Position numbers and translations under genes: made by a program
Shown here: one piece after another, positions 42,162 to 51,719 of the stretch
Layout of the letters: the number at the start of each line of letters is the position of its first letter
Position numbering within the stretch: position 1 is the first letter of the stretch
The notes under the pieces: generated by a model
Told to the model about the DNA's origin: nothing
Databases searched by the model: none
The model's input: only the letters and a program-made list of their open reading frames with translations
DNA from: Chamaesiphon sp.
GTDB lineage: Bacteria > Cyanobacteriota > Cyanobacteriia > Cyanobacteriales > Chamaesiphonaceae
Length of the DNA stretch: 64,000 nucleotides
Reading direction: 5' to 3'
Assembly (NCBI GenBank): GCA_965246715.1
Contig: CBDFFH010000043.1
Coordinates: 64,001-128,000 of the forward strand

Positions 42162-42356
42162 ATGAAAACTCAATTTCCGCCACTGACTAGCCAGTTACCA
42201 TCCGTGCAGCAGCACGAAGCTAATCAGCGACTCAGCCATACAGCAACCGAAACCGATCGAATTTTGTGTACTCATTGCCAACGGACGGCGACAAATGGTA
42301 ATCCATGCCAATGGATTTGTAAGCGCGATCGAGTTGAGAAGTCGCTAGCTAACTAG
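42162..42356 (+). CDS. 64-aa Cys-rich micro-protein, paralog of the preceding ORF
   Basis: MKTQF...DRILCTHCQRTATNGNPCQWICKRDRVEKSLAN*. Confidence 0.6.
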   Translation: MKTQFPPLTSQLPSVQQHEANQRLSHTATETDRILCTHCQRTATNGNPCQWICKRDRVEKSLAN

Positions 42357-42374
42357 TTGAAAATCGCTAATATT

Positions 42375-43154
42375 TTAAGATACCGCGACTCGATCGGCTA
42401 ATTTTACTTCAACTCGATCGCCAGGTTTGGGTGCGAGTACTTGCGTTGACAAATTGCGATCGGTAAGCATCGTGCGAAACTGTTCGACATCACCACTACC
42501 ACGCAGCAGGGACAATAATACCCCTTCAAACACGACATTTCCACCTGCTGCAGTTGGCAAGATAACCTGTGGTCGCAACCATTCTACTGCTTGGACGGCA
42601 CTTTTCAAGCCTTTGATGACTGCACCAACCAGCGGAATCTCTAAATCGGTTAGTGGTGTAATCACCACGTCCACAGGTGCGATTTCTTTGAGTGCGGCTG
42701 AATGAGACCCATGTGGCTCGTAGTAAAGTGTAACTCGATCGGTTAAATCTGTAAGTAAATAACCATTTTCAACTAAGTTTGGGCCGACGACTGAGCCAGG
42801 TAAAGCTTGAATTTTGAGACTGTCAGTTAGTGTAAAGGATTCGCCATGTGCTAAAGCCGTCACTTGCTGATAACCTAATCCCTGGACGATTTTGGCAGCA
42901 TTTGGCGATGCAACTACGGGGATTTGCTTATCGAGGCGTTCGAGTGTGGGGACATGGGCGTGATCGGGCAATCCTTGAGACAGTAAAATTAAATCGATAT
43001 CGGCAGGAATCGCTTGAGGTGTAGGATGGTCGCCTTTGAAGAACCACGGTAGATTGCCGAAAACTAACGACCCAACCAACCAAGGATCGAGCAGTACCCG
43101 CCGACCGCCCATTTCAATCAGCCAAGAATTGCTATCGAGCCAAGTTAGATACAT
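42375..43154 (-). CDS. Metallo-beta-lactamase-fold hydrolase (UlaG-like)
   Basis: WLDSNSWLIE, LLDPWL, ILLSQGLPDHAH and ENGYLL. Confidence 0.85.
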   Translation of the reverse strand: MYLTWLDSNSWLIEMGGRRVLLDPWLVGSLVFGNLPWFFKGDHPTPQAIPADIDLILLSQGLPDHAHVPTLERLDKQIPVVASPNAAKIVQGLGYQQVTALAHGESFTLTDSLKIQALPGSVVGPNLVENGYLLTDLTDRVTLYYEPHGSHSAALKEIAPVDVVITPLTDLEIPLVGAVIKGLKSAVQAVEWLRPQVILPTAAGGNVVFEGVLLSLLRGSGDVEQFRTMLTDRNLSTQVLAPKPGDRVEVKLADRVAVS

Positions 43155-43204
43155 TTTTACCAGCCTTAATTATCGCTAAGCCTATTATCTCGTATTTCTC
43201 TGGG

Positions 43205-44242
43205 CTACTCAATGTGATGTTTGGCGATCGCATTGGCTAACGCGATCTGAAATAATCGATCGATCGCGATGCCTGCCGATTTTGCCATGGTCGAAATTAC
43301 ACTCATTTTGGCAAACGAGCAATATAGCCCTGCTTCCAAAAACCACGGCTGTCCGTCAGGATCGATCCGAAAATCAAACAGACTATAGTGCCGACAGCCT
43401 AGTGCGATGTGACATTTTTTGGCGGCATCCCAGACTTTAGCTGTCACTGGGTCGCTAGGATCGACGATCCAAGATTTGGCATTACCTTTAGCAACCGCAG
43501 TCAGACTGCCATCTTCAGCTCGCGCCAGCTTATCGGCATAGCTCCGAATCGGTCGATCGTCTTTGTCCATCAAGTATTCTTCTAATGGCAAGCAGACTAG
43601 CTCGCCAGCTGACTCGATAATACCGCACCGGACTTCCCTACCCAGTTCGATAAATTCCTCCACCATCACTTCATCTGTATTGGCAAAAGCCGCGTGCAGA
43701 GCTGTGTCGTATTCACTTGCATTTTTAACGAAGGCTACTCCCAGCGAATTATCAGCATTTACAGGCTTGAGTACTACCGGGGGTGATATTTGGGGGTAAT
43801 TACCAGGACGAAGCAATTCGGCATAGGGCACCTTAACTCCAGCGGCGGCGACAATGGCTTTGGTATTAACTTTGTGCGCTGTCAACGCCATCAACTCGGC
43901 GGAGTTGCCGAGATAGGGAATATTTAACAAGTCAAAGAGATCGCGATAAGTTGTCATCCCAGGAATGCAAAACATTTGCGGCACCATCACATCGAGATCG
44001 AGTGTTGTCAGCACCTCGATCGCATCAGCCAAGGACATGGACATGGCAAGATCGATCGCGTCAGCATCGAGTGAGGTAGGGAATCGCCACAATCGATCGG
44101 GTGTAATATAGGCAATATGAAATTCATATAGTGCGGGGTTGGCGGTAGACTCCAGGCAATCAGTTGCATACAAGCGCGAGAGATCGCAGTAAAAATCATC
44201 GACAGCCGAACCAACTAAATGCAAAACGCGTAATCTCCCCAC
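43205..44242 (-). CDS. mysD: D-Ala-D-Ala-ligase-like MAA synthetase
   Basis: ATP-grasp motifs VLKPVNADNSLGV, HYSLFDFRID and FLEAGLYCSF. It follows mysC. Confidence 0.9.
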   Translation of the reverse strand: MGRLRVLHLVGSAVDDFYCDLSRLYATDCLESTANPALYEFHIAYITPDRLWRFPTSLDADAIDLAMSMSLADAIEVLTTLDLDVMVPQMFCIPGMTTYRDLFDLLNIPYLGNSAELMALTAHKVNTKAIVAAAGVKVPYAELLRPGNYPQISPPVVLKPVNADNSLGVAFVKNASEYDTALHAAFANTDEVMVEEFIELGREVRCGIIESAGELVCLPLEEYLMDKDDRPIRSYADKLARAEDGSLTAVAKGNAKSWIVDPSDPVTAKVWDAAKKCHIALGCRHYSLFDFRIDPDGQPWFLEAGLYCSFAKMSVISTMAKSAGIAIDRLFQIALANAIAKHHIE

Positions 44243-44244
44243 AA

Positions 44245-45612
44245 TTAATCTCCCCCTAATTCCACGAGCTTGCCGATATTAAAATCGATTCGGATCCATC
44301 CTTTTAATTGTTGTAAGTTTTTTAGTAGCAATAAGGGAATCTGCCAATGATGCACCATTAAAAATGGCAGCGGATCGAACCAGTCGAAAATTGCATCTTT
44401 ACCACTGAAGATGATTTGTAGCCGTTGCCGAGTTTGGGTTGGATTGGATAAGTGCGTCAGCAATCGCCAAATTTCATGGTAAATCCAGTAAGTTGGACGA
44501 CTCGATGCTAGTGGTTTAACGATCTCTGCTAATGGCTCACGCTCTAGATAAGCGGTGGCGACATCTGGATGATTGTAAAACATCGTAATCGCTGAGTGGG
44601 TACGGGGATTGCATTCGATCGCATAAATTCGATCGTCAGCAGTTTGAATGAAATCAAAAGAAACTTGTCCGGTTAACTTTAGTCCAGCGACAAACTTCTT
44701 CACCCAGGCTTCGATTTCAGGTTTATCTACCATCTGATAATTGATCTGAAATGCTGACGATTCGCAGCAACAATGTAGTCTCACTTCGCCATCGCGCACG
44801 GTACTGTGAGTACAGTATTCCTGTCCGGTGATAAACTCTTGCAAAATCCACGGATGGTCGATCGAAATCGGTAGTTCTGTAACGAACGCTGCTGTCTGTG
44901 CGGGTGTATCGCGGGGGAATTTAGTTAAGTCCAATCGCCGCACGGAATCGTAAGGAATACTTTTGAGAATATATTGCCGTTGCTGGGTGGCGAAATCAAA
45001 GTCCATCACTTGCAGCGGATGGGTAATGCAGTGAGAATCGGGAACGGGTAGCTCTAATGATGTTGCGAGTGTGGCAAATCGCTCTTTATCGTCTAGTTTT
45101 TGCACCATCGTCGGGTCGAGGTGCATGACGTCACAATAGGGGGCGAGTGTTGCTATTGCTACGGCATCGTAATAGCTGGCGACTGGGCTACAGACGGGGA
45201 TGTAGACATCGACTCCTTCTGTTTTGACAATTTCTAGCAATGCGTCGATGTAGCCATCGGCATCGGGCTGGGGGATGGTGTAGAAGCGATCGACTGCCCA
45301 GGAAAATCGATGTCCGGTGAGCCAATATTTATATGATTCGCATAAAATCACGCGATGTCCAGCGCGATGAAACGATCGGGTTAATTGCAGTGCTTTGGTC
45401 ATTTTGCCACCGCTAATGAGGATTGTCTTTGGGTTGGCGGTTGCGGTGCGTGACTGAACTGGTTTGAGGAGGAGTGATGTGAATAGGGCGATCGCGGTTA
45501 AGGTGAGGTTTAGGGGTAGTGCTAGTAGTAGGAGGCTAAGGGTGCCGATCGTTTTTAGAGATGTTTGGAGTCGATTGGGTGGTGGTGATGCGATCGGTAG
45601 TTCTTGGGTCAT
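44245..45612 (-). CDS. mysC: ATP-grasp ligase (mycosporine-glycine synthetase)
   Basis: ILISGGKMTKALQL, LKSIPYDSVRRLDLT, IECNPRTHSAIT and IDFNIGKLVELGGD. Confidence 0.93.
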   Translation of the reverse strand: MTQELPIASPPPNRLQTSLKTIGTLSLLLLALPLNLTLTAIALFTSLLLKPVQSRTATANPKTILISGGKMTKALQLTRSFHRAGHRVILCESYKYWLTGHRFSWAVDRFYTIPQPDADGYIDALLEIVKTEGVDVYIPVCSPVASYYDAVAIATLAPYCDVMHLDPTMVQKLDDKERFATLATSLELPVPDSHCITHPLQVMDFDFATQQRQYILKSIPYDSVRRLDLTKFPRDTPAQTAAFVTELPISIDHPWILQEFITGQEYCTHSTVRDGEVRLHCCCESSAFQINYQMVDKPEIEAWVKKFVAGLKLTGQVSFDFIQTADDRIYAIECNPRTHSAITMFYNHPDVATAYLEREPLAEIVKPLASSRPTYWIYHEIWRLLTHLSNPTQTRQRLQIIFSGKDAIFDWFDPLPFLMVHHWQIPLLLLKNLQQLKGWIRIDFNIGKLVELGGD

Positions 45613-45891
45613 GCCTTTCTACTGACGGATTTGGATGGGAACTAGTGCTTTTATTTGGGCTGCTGGTGGGTGGAACCCGGATCTGGGGGTCGGAACCCCC
45701 AGACCCCCCGTTGAGGAGCGGAACGCCGCCCCTCAAACTCCCCTGCGTAAGGTTCGACTTGTGTGTGGCGAGGCGCGCTTCGCATTAGTGCGTTCTGTCG
45801 GTTACTTTATGATGAGGGAGGTGGGGAATCTAGAAGTTCTTCTTTTTTAGATATATCTATATCTATCTACCCACAAATTTAAATCGACAAT

Positions 45892-45999
45892 TAAGTAGGT
45901 GGGCGTAACTAAATATAGAATATCATGTAGGGTGGGCACTGCCCACCATCTGGGTTTCAAGCATTATCTATTTAACAAATAGTCGTACCTACCTACTTA
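45892..45999. mobile_element. Small MITE-like element with TAAGTAGGT ends carrying a GTAG-REP hairpin
   Basis: TAAGTAGGT...ACCTACTTA ends. The internal GTAGGGTGGGCACTGCCCACCATCT matches the reverse complement of the hairpin near 14350-14374. Confidence 0.6.
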
Positions 46000-46038
46000 C
46001 GTCAGCGATTGGAACCTAAGTTGGCGCAGCCTTTCTGC

Positions 46039-46854
46039 CTAAACTCGGCGGATCAGTGTCAGCCCATCCCGTAAGGGCAGTAACACTTGTTCGATCCGTG
46101 GATCGTCGATGACGGCTTGATTGAAAGCGGCGATCGCTAATCCGTTCGCGGTTGATTCTGCTTGTAAATACGGCTGTCCCTGCATCAAGGTATTATCGAC
46201 ACAGATCGCTCCGTGCGGGGCGAGGAGGGTGCTATCGAGTAATAAATTTAAATAGTCGATATATCCACCCTTATCGGCATCGATAAAGACCAGATCGAAC
46301 GTTATGCCAACAGCAGCTAACTTTTTGAGTGTCTCCATTGCTGGAGCTACCTCGATCGAGATTTTGTGTCCGTGGGGTGACTCCTTAAAGCATTGCCGGG
46401 CAAATTCGGCCGCAAAATGATCTACTTCACAAGCGACTACTTTACCGTCTTCGGGCAAGGCTTCAGCCATGGATAAGGCAGAGTAACCCGTAAATACGCC
46501 GATTTCTAGTACCCGTTTAGCGCGAGCTAAATGAATGAGAAATTTCAGCATTTGACCTTCGACGTGTCCTGAGAGCATTTCCTGCTCTAACTGGCGGACA
46601 GTCTCACCATTTGTCGATCGCAATGACCAATCTTCGGATTGAGTCCGATCGACTAGATCGGCTAATGCTGGCGACTCTGGAGTCGTACAGTGACTGATGT
46701 AAGGATCTAATCCGCTAGCAAGTTCGCAAGCTTGGCGCAATTCTGACTTGAGAGCTGGATCGATACCTTCGAGAGCGCCGATTTGTTCGGTGAGATATTC
46801 GAGTTTAGTGGCGAGAATACCTAGCGGTGTTACGGCTCTGGGGGCTACTTTCAT
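46039..46854 (-). CDS. mysB: SAM-dependent O-methyltransferase (4-deoxygadusol synthesis)
   Basis: [27 protein letters not shown] and VDNTL. The ATG at 46854 overlaps the mysA stop (ATGA). Confidence 0.93.
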   Translation of the reverse strand: MKVAPRAVTPLGILATKLEYLTEQIGALEGIDPALKSELRQACELASGLDPYISHCTTPESPALADLVDRTQSEDWSLRSTNGETVRQLEQEMLSGHVEGQMLKFLIHLARAKRVLEIGVFTGYSALSMAEALPEDGKVVACEVDHFAAEFARQCFKESPHGHKISIEVAPAMETLKKLAAVGITFDLVFIDADKGGYIDYLNLLLDSTLLAPHGAICVDNTLMQGQPYLQAESTANGLAIAAFNQAVIDDPRIEQVLLPLRDGLTLIRRV

Positions 46855-48095
46855 GCTGGTATCCCTGCTGACATCGAGAGTTTGGCCGATCGAGCGGAAA
46901 TATACATATCGACACCATCGCCGCCGCGTGGATAGGTGCGGCATAGTTCCTTGTGGATGGCTAAGTCGCGGGAGAGATCGGCTTCAGTCAGATCGTTAAG
47001 GAAGGTGCAACTCCCGATCGGATGTGGGACGGCGGCGCGGACTAAACCATCGCGGGTTCGGCTAATCGATTCGGTGGCTTTCCACAATAGTTCGGGAGTG
47101 AGATAGGGACTATCGATCGCCAGTCCGATCCGGCTCATCAAGCTTAAAATGCGATCGCGATCGATGACGGAAATGTAGCCACGTTGTTGCGCGATCGTGG
47201 CTGAGAAGGCCATGTCGATATTTACACCATGACCGTGGAACATCGGAATCTCTGGAGTTAGCTCTAGCGTAGGACTCCAGGTGTGACCGTAAGCGATAAC
47301 GCGATCGAGGTCGAGTTCGTGGAGGTTGGGCACTTCTAGCTCCAACATCGTATTAATCGCGTTATAAGTGACTTTGTGGGCGATCGCTCTAAGTTCTGGC
47401 GTGCCGTTCAGATAGCCGAATCTGCTGTGCAACAATTCTTCGCCATGCTTTTCTAGCAGCTCAAAAATTTCCCGATTGGCAACGACAGCGATCTTGATTA
47501 ACTCTGCCATCCCGTTGCGGATTTGATCTTCGGGCAGCGTTTTCAAGAACGAGAAGTCTAAAATCACTTTTTGCGAAGCGTGGTAAGCACCTAATCGATT
47601 TTTTAACTTACCATGATTGACCGCGACTTTGATCGCGACACTGGCATCGATTAAGCCGATTAGGGTGGTGGGGATGCGGATATAGTTGGTGCGACGACGG
47701 TAAGTAGCACAAGCAAATCCAGCAACATCGGTTGTCAGACCGCCACCTACGACCAAGACTGGTTCTTTGCGTACTAGTCCAAAATCAGCAAAGGCATCGA
47801 CGATCTGCTCGAAGGTTTGTAGCGTCTTATCTGTCTCCTCAATTCGGATTTGGAAGACGGTGAGGTCGATTTCATAATGCTCGAAATAAGCTTTAATCCG
47901 ATCGCCATATAAACCATAAATTGTTTTATCTACGATCGTCAAACATCGTCCAAACTGACGATAGCTCTCGGCGATCTCCGAATTATCTATATCAAACGCA
48001 CCATCGACATAAAGCAAGCTAAAATCAATTTTTTCGTATCCTTCAATATGAAAAGCCTTTTCTGTCGCCTTGAAAGTTGCTTGGATGGTACCCAT
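46851..48095 (-). CDS. mysA: Sedoheptulose-7-phosphate cyclase (demethyl-4-deoxygadusol synthase)
   Basis: DHQS-like [40 protein letters not shown] and AYGHTWSP. Confidence 0.95.
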   Translation of the reverse strand: MGTIQATFKATEKAFHIEGYEKIDFSLLYVDGAFDIDNSEIAESYRQFGRCLTIVDKTIYGLYGDRIKAYFEHYEIDLTVFQIRIEETDKTLQTFEQIVDAFADFGLVRKEPVLVVGGGLTTDVAGFACATYRRRTNYIRIPTTLIGLIDASVAIKVAVNHGKLKNRLGAYHASQKVILDFSFLKTLPEDQIRNGMAELIKIAVVANREIFELLEKHGEELLHSRFGYLNGTPELRAIAHKVTYNAINTMLELEVPNLHELDLDRVIAYGHTWSPTLELTPEIPMFHGHGVNIDMAFSATIAQQRGYISVIDRDRILSLMSRIGLAIDSPYLTPELLWKATESISRTRDGLVRAAVPHPIGSCTFLNDLTEADLSRDLAIHKELCRTYPRGGDGVDMYISARSAKLSMSAGIPA

Positions 48096-48637
48096 GAAGT
48101 CTTTCCGCTCAGTTTATACACATAACTTAACGCATATTTTTCAGGTTAACAAATAATTTACCACTAGTTAGCTAGTGAGGTAAATATTGAAATTCAACAT
48201 CTATCGATCGATAGATGCACACGATCGAACTATATCGGTAGCTAGCTTTGAAGGCGATCTCACTTATCGATCGATACTGTTGACATCCGATCGCAACTGT
48301 TTTGGATTCAGTGATAATTACCACACGATCGACTTGCTTTGAGTAGAGTGTGTAAATATTGTCACGTTTTAATCTATTGTAAAGCTGACCTTAACTGAGT
48401 GACCGACAGTGATTTTCAAATAAATCATTCACATGCTGTAAAGCTTGAAGAATTTTTTAGATAATTCGAACAATTCAAACACGATCTACAACATGCAGCT
48501 GTCAAAGTTGCTAACAGGTCAAGAAAATTAATTTATGATTTCGACTAGTAATTAAGAGCATTTCGGGCATTTATTGCTGCGTGAATTGTCGATCGTTGCC
48601 TGTTGAGGCACAAAAAACTAGCTAAAAGGCGAAATTA

Positions 48638-49324
48638 ATGGACGTACAGATGTCTGGGACTCATCAAGCTACTTCTGATGCGATCTTTGGGCACCCGATC
48701 TCGCGCAATCTTCAGTGGCATGATATCCGATCGATGCTGGAGTCGATCGCCCAAGTATCGGAAGAACATAATGGTAATGTCCGCTTTATGCGGCACGGTC
48801 AGACACTGACGATTCACCCGCCTAAACACAAAGATTTAGCCGATACTCAGGAACTGATGAAAATTCGGCACTTCCTCGAGCGATCTGCCTTACCCGAAGC
48901 CGCAAATGTTGCAGATAGCGGACATCGGTTGGTCGTCATCGACCATCGCGAAGCGCGGGTTTACCAGACCGAACTGCGCGGTGCGGTACCTGAGCGGATC
49001 GCGCCTTACGATCCAGATGGTTTGCACCAGCACATCCACTATGTAGAAGATGAAAGTAACAAAGGTAAACGGCTACCCGAACTCAAATCTTTCTATGAGG
49101 CCGTGGCGCAGTCGCTCGTAGGTGCGGAGCAGATCTTGATTTTTGGTAGCTCGACCGGATCGAGTAGCGCGATGGAACATCTACTCGCCGACCTCCAAAA
49201 ACATCACTCAAACCTAGCTAAGCGCGTCATCGGTACGCTGAAGATCGATGAAAAACACCTGACTGACGACCAGTTATTAGCTAAGGCGCGGGAGTTCTAT
49301 CTGAAAGCAAATGCTGGCGGTTAA
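48638..49324 (+). CDS. Two-domain protein: HicA-like N-domain plus release-factor(aeRF1)-like C-domain (inferred)
   Basis: N-terminus IFGHPISRNLQWHDIRSML...LTIHPPKHK. C-terminus VVIDHREARVY...FYEAVAQSL..AEQILIFG...HLTDDQLLAKAREFY. Confidence 0.55.
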   Translation: MDVQMSGTHQATSDAIFGHPISRNLQWHDIRSMLESIAQVSEEHNGNVRFMRHGQTLTIHPPKHKDLADTQELMKIRHFLERSALPEAANVADSGHRLVVIDHREARVYQTELRGAVPERIAPYDPDGLHQHIHYVEDESNKGKRLPELKSFYEAVAQSLVGAEQILIFGSSTGSSSAMEHLLADLQKHHSNLAKRVIGTLKIDEKHLTDDQLLAKAREFYLKANAGG

Positions 49325-49462
49325 AACCACCGTTATCTACACGCTACTGGCGGTTAAAGCCACCTCAGTGGAATAAATGCACCAACCGGTTGCGCTCGAT
49401 CGCATCCAGCCGAACTCATTACCGTTGTCGCCAAGATCGCTTTCTAAGTATTCAGGAGAAAT

Positions 49463-50485
49463 ATGTCTGAATCGACGAACCGACAAATCCTACTCAAAAG
49501 TTACCCGAGCGGGGCACCGACTGCCAGCAACTTTACACTGGTCGAGACAGCTATTCCCGAGCCAGGAGCGGGAGCAACGCTCAACCGCACGATCTACTTG
49601 TCGCTAGACCCTTACATGCGCGGACGGATGAGCCAACAGGCATCTTATGCGGCTCCGGCAGAATTGGGACGAGTGATGATGGGCAGCACTGTCAGCCAGA
49701 TTGTCACCTCCAATCACCCGGACTTCGCTGCTGGAGATTTTGTGGTGGGGTATGACGGTTGGCAGGAATATGCGATCGCTAAAGGCGAAACGTTACGTAA
49801 GCTCGATCCAGCACAGCTACCGATTTCCACTGCATTAGGACTCACTGGGGCACCAGGGATGACCGCATATTTCGCGCTGCAAGAGATCGGCAAACTCAAG
49901 GTAGGCGAGACGGTGGTAGTCTCGGCTGCTGCTGGGGCTGTTGGTGCGATCGTCGGTCAACTCGCCAAACTTCATGGCTGTCGGGCGGTGGGCATCGCTG
50001 GCGGTGCGGAGAAGTGCGCTTATGTAGTGGATGAATTGGGCTTTGATGCTTGTATCGATCGCAAGACTCAAGATCTCAGTTCGGCATTGTCAGCCGCTTG
50101 TCCCGATGGGATCGACGTATATGTAGACCATACAGCGGGGCCGATTCTCGAAGCTGTATTACAACACATCAATCTGGGAGCCAGAATCCCGTTAGTGGGT
50201 TTAATCTCCCAGTACAATGCCGAAACGCTCCCGCCAGGGCCAAATTTGATGCCGCTACTGGTCAAACGGGCCTTAATTCAGGGGTTTCTGGTCAGCGATT
50301 ATTTGGGACGGCAATCAGAGTTTATCGCGGCGATGTCGCCGTGGCTACAAGCTGGCAAGCTCAAGTACAAGGAGGATATCGTTGCCGGGCTAGAAAATGC
50401 ACCTCAGGCGTTTCTCGGTCTGTTTCAAGGTCATAACTTCGGCAAGTTAATCGTGCGGGTTGGTGATGACCCGACGCGACAATAG
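49463..50485 (+). CDS. NADP-dependent oxidoreductase (MDR superfamily, CurA/PGDH-like)
   Basis: YLSLDPYMRGRM, VSAAAGAVG and GLENAPQAFLGLFQGHNFGKLIV. Confidence 0.92.
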   Translation: MSESTNRQILLKSYPSGAPTASNFTLVETAIPEPGAGATLNRTIYLSLDPYMRGRMSQQASYAAPAELGRVMMGSTVSQIVTSNHPDFAAGDFVVGYDGWQEYAIAKGETLRKLDPAQLPISTALGLTGAPGMTAYFALQEIGKLKVGETVVVSAAAGAVGAIVGQLAKLHGCRAVGIAGGAEKCAYVVDELGFDACIDRKTQDLSSALSAACPDGIDVYVDHTAGPILEAVLQHINLGARIPLVGLISQYNAETLPPGPNLMPLLVKRALIQGFLVSDYLGRQSEFIAAMSPWLQAGKLKYKEDIVAGLENAPQAFLGLFQGHNFGKLIVRVGDDPTRQ

Positions 50486-50520
50486 TTCGACTCAATAACT
50501 TTACTTTAGGAATAACAATC

Positions 50521-50949
50521 ATGAATGACATCGTAGATACACTCATTAATGACGGTCGGTTTGTAACTTTGGTTGATGCGATCGAGCGGGCGAGTTTGGC
50601 GCAGGGCTTGATGGAGCCGGGTACGGTCACGATCTTTGCCCCGACTGATGAAGCATTTTCTAAGTTGCCTTCGGGGATGATGGGATTTTTGCTCGACAAT
50701 CCGCCAGAGCTGGAAAAGCTGTTGTCATATCATGTGATTGCGCAGCGGATTCTTTCGAGCGATCTGAGCGCGGTGAGTTCGACTCCGACTGTTGAGGGTT
50801 CGATGTTGACGATCGATAATACTCAAGGTGCGAAAGTGAATGATGCCAAGATCCTCCAAGCCGATCTCGAAGCAAGTAATGGCGTGATTCACGCGATCGA
50901 TACCGTATTGATTCCCCAATCAGTGAGCGATATGTCGATGGCTGGTTAA
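50521..50949 (+). CDS. Fasciclin (FAS1) domain protein
   Basis: TIFAPTDEAF, LSYHV and NGVIHAIDTVLIP. Confidence 0.95.
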   Translation: MNDIVDTLINDGRFVTLVDAIERASLAQGLMEPGTVTIFAPTDEAFSKLPSGMMGFLLDNPPELEKLLSYHVIAQRILSSDLSAVSSTPTVEGSMLTIDNTQGAKVNDAKILQADLEASNGVIHAIDTVLIPQSVSDMSMAG

Positions 50950-51151
50950 GCGGCGAGGGCAGAATGTCGAGCGTGGGGTACCCTTGTGCAGCGTAGGGGT
51001 GCTCCTTATTCGCTGAAGTCGCGATCGAGAGATATTTGGGCGATCGAATATCTCTCGATCGATTTAAATTACAGTATTAATTTGATGGATATCTTCAAGT
51101 TGTAATTGCGATCCAACCTCACAAAAACTGACATTAAAAATTCAATAAATT

Positions 51152-51352
51152 AACCTAAGTTGCTACCTAATAGAACGCCTACGATTGTGTCTTGAAAAGG
51201 TGCTCTACTTGGGGAAACCCCAAGACCTAATGGTCGGCTAGCCGACCAAATGCACTTTTCGCTTCGCGGACTAGTTTATTAGTCCGCGAAGCGAAAAGTG
51301 CATTCCGAAGAGCGGTTTCTAACCGCTTAGGTTATGGGTAGCAACTTGGGTT
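51152..51352. mobile_element. 201-bp MITE with AACC(T/C)AAGTTGCTACC ends and a 5-bp TSD
   Basis: IRs AACCTAAGTTGCTACCTA and TGGGTAGCAACTTGGGTT. AAATT at 51147-51151 and 51353-51357. Internal perfect palindrome with 25-bp arms at 51249-51304. Confidence 0.85.
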
Positions 51353-51719
51353 AAATTAGAATTAGTTGGGTACTGAAACATAATTTTATCTTCTTAAAAC
51401 CCCAGTTGGATAAGTAGTGCCAACTTCAAAAATTGTACTTTGTACTTCTGAACGCTCGATTCTTATCCCGAACTGACGTTATTTATTATTGAGATGTATT
51501 CATAGAAAATGAAGATTTAAGGTTGATAACCCTCGACTGGAGAAATTAGCTTTAAACTGGCAGGTAAAAGCTGAATATTTGGAAATGGTAATTTCGGGGA
51601 TCTTCTGAACCAGAGCAGCCTCTCCTCACCGCGATCGCGCGTTTAATTTTTTAACAATACCGATCGGAACTGGGACACAATCATCGATCCAGTTATTAGC
51701 AATCGCGGAGGCGATATCA

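Noticed and set aside
46855..46944. N-terminal extension of mysB in the ORF track
   Set aside because: It overlaps mysA. The ATG at 46854 gives a typical ATGA coupling.
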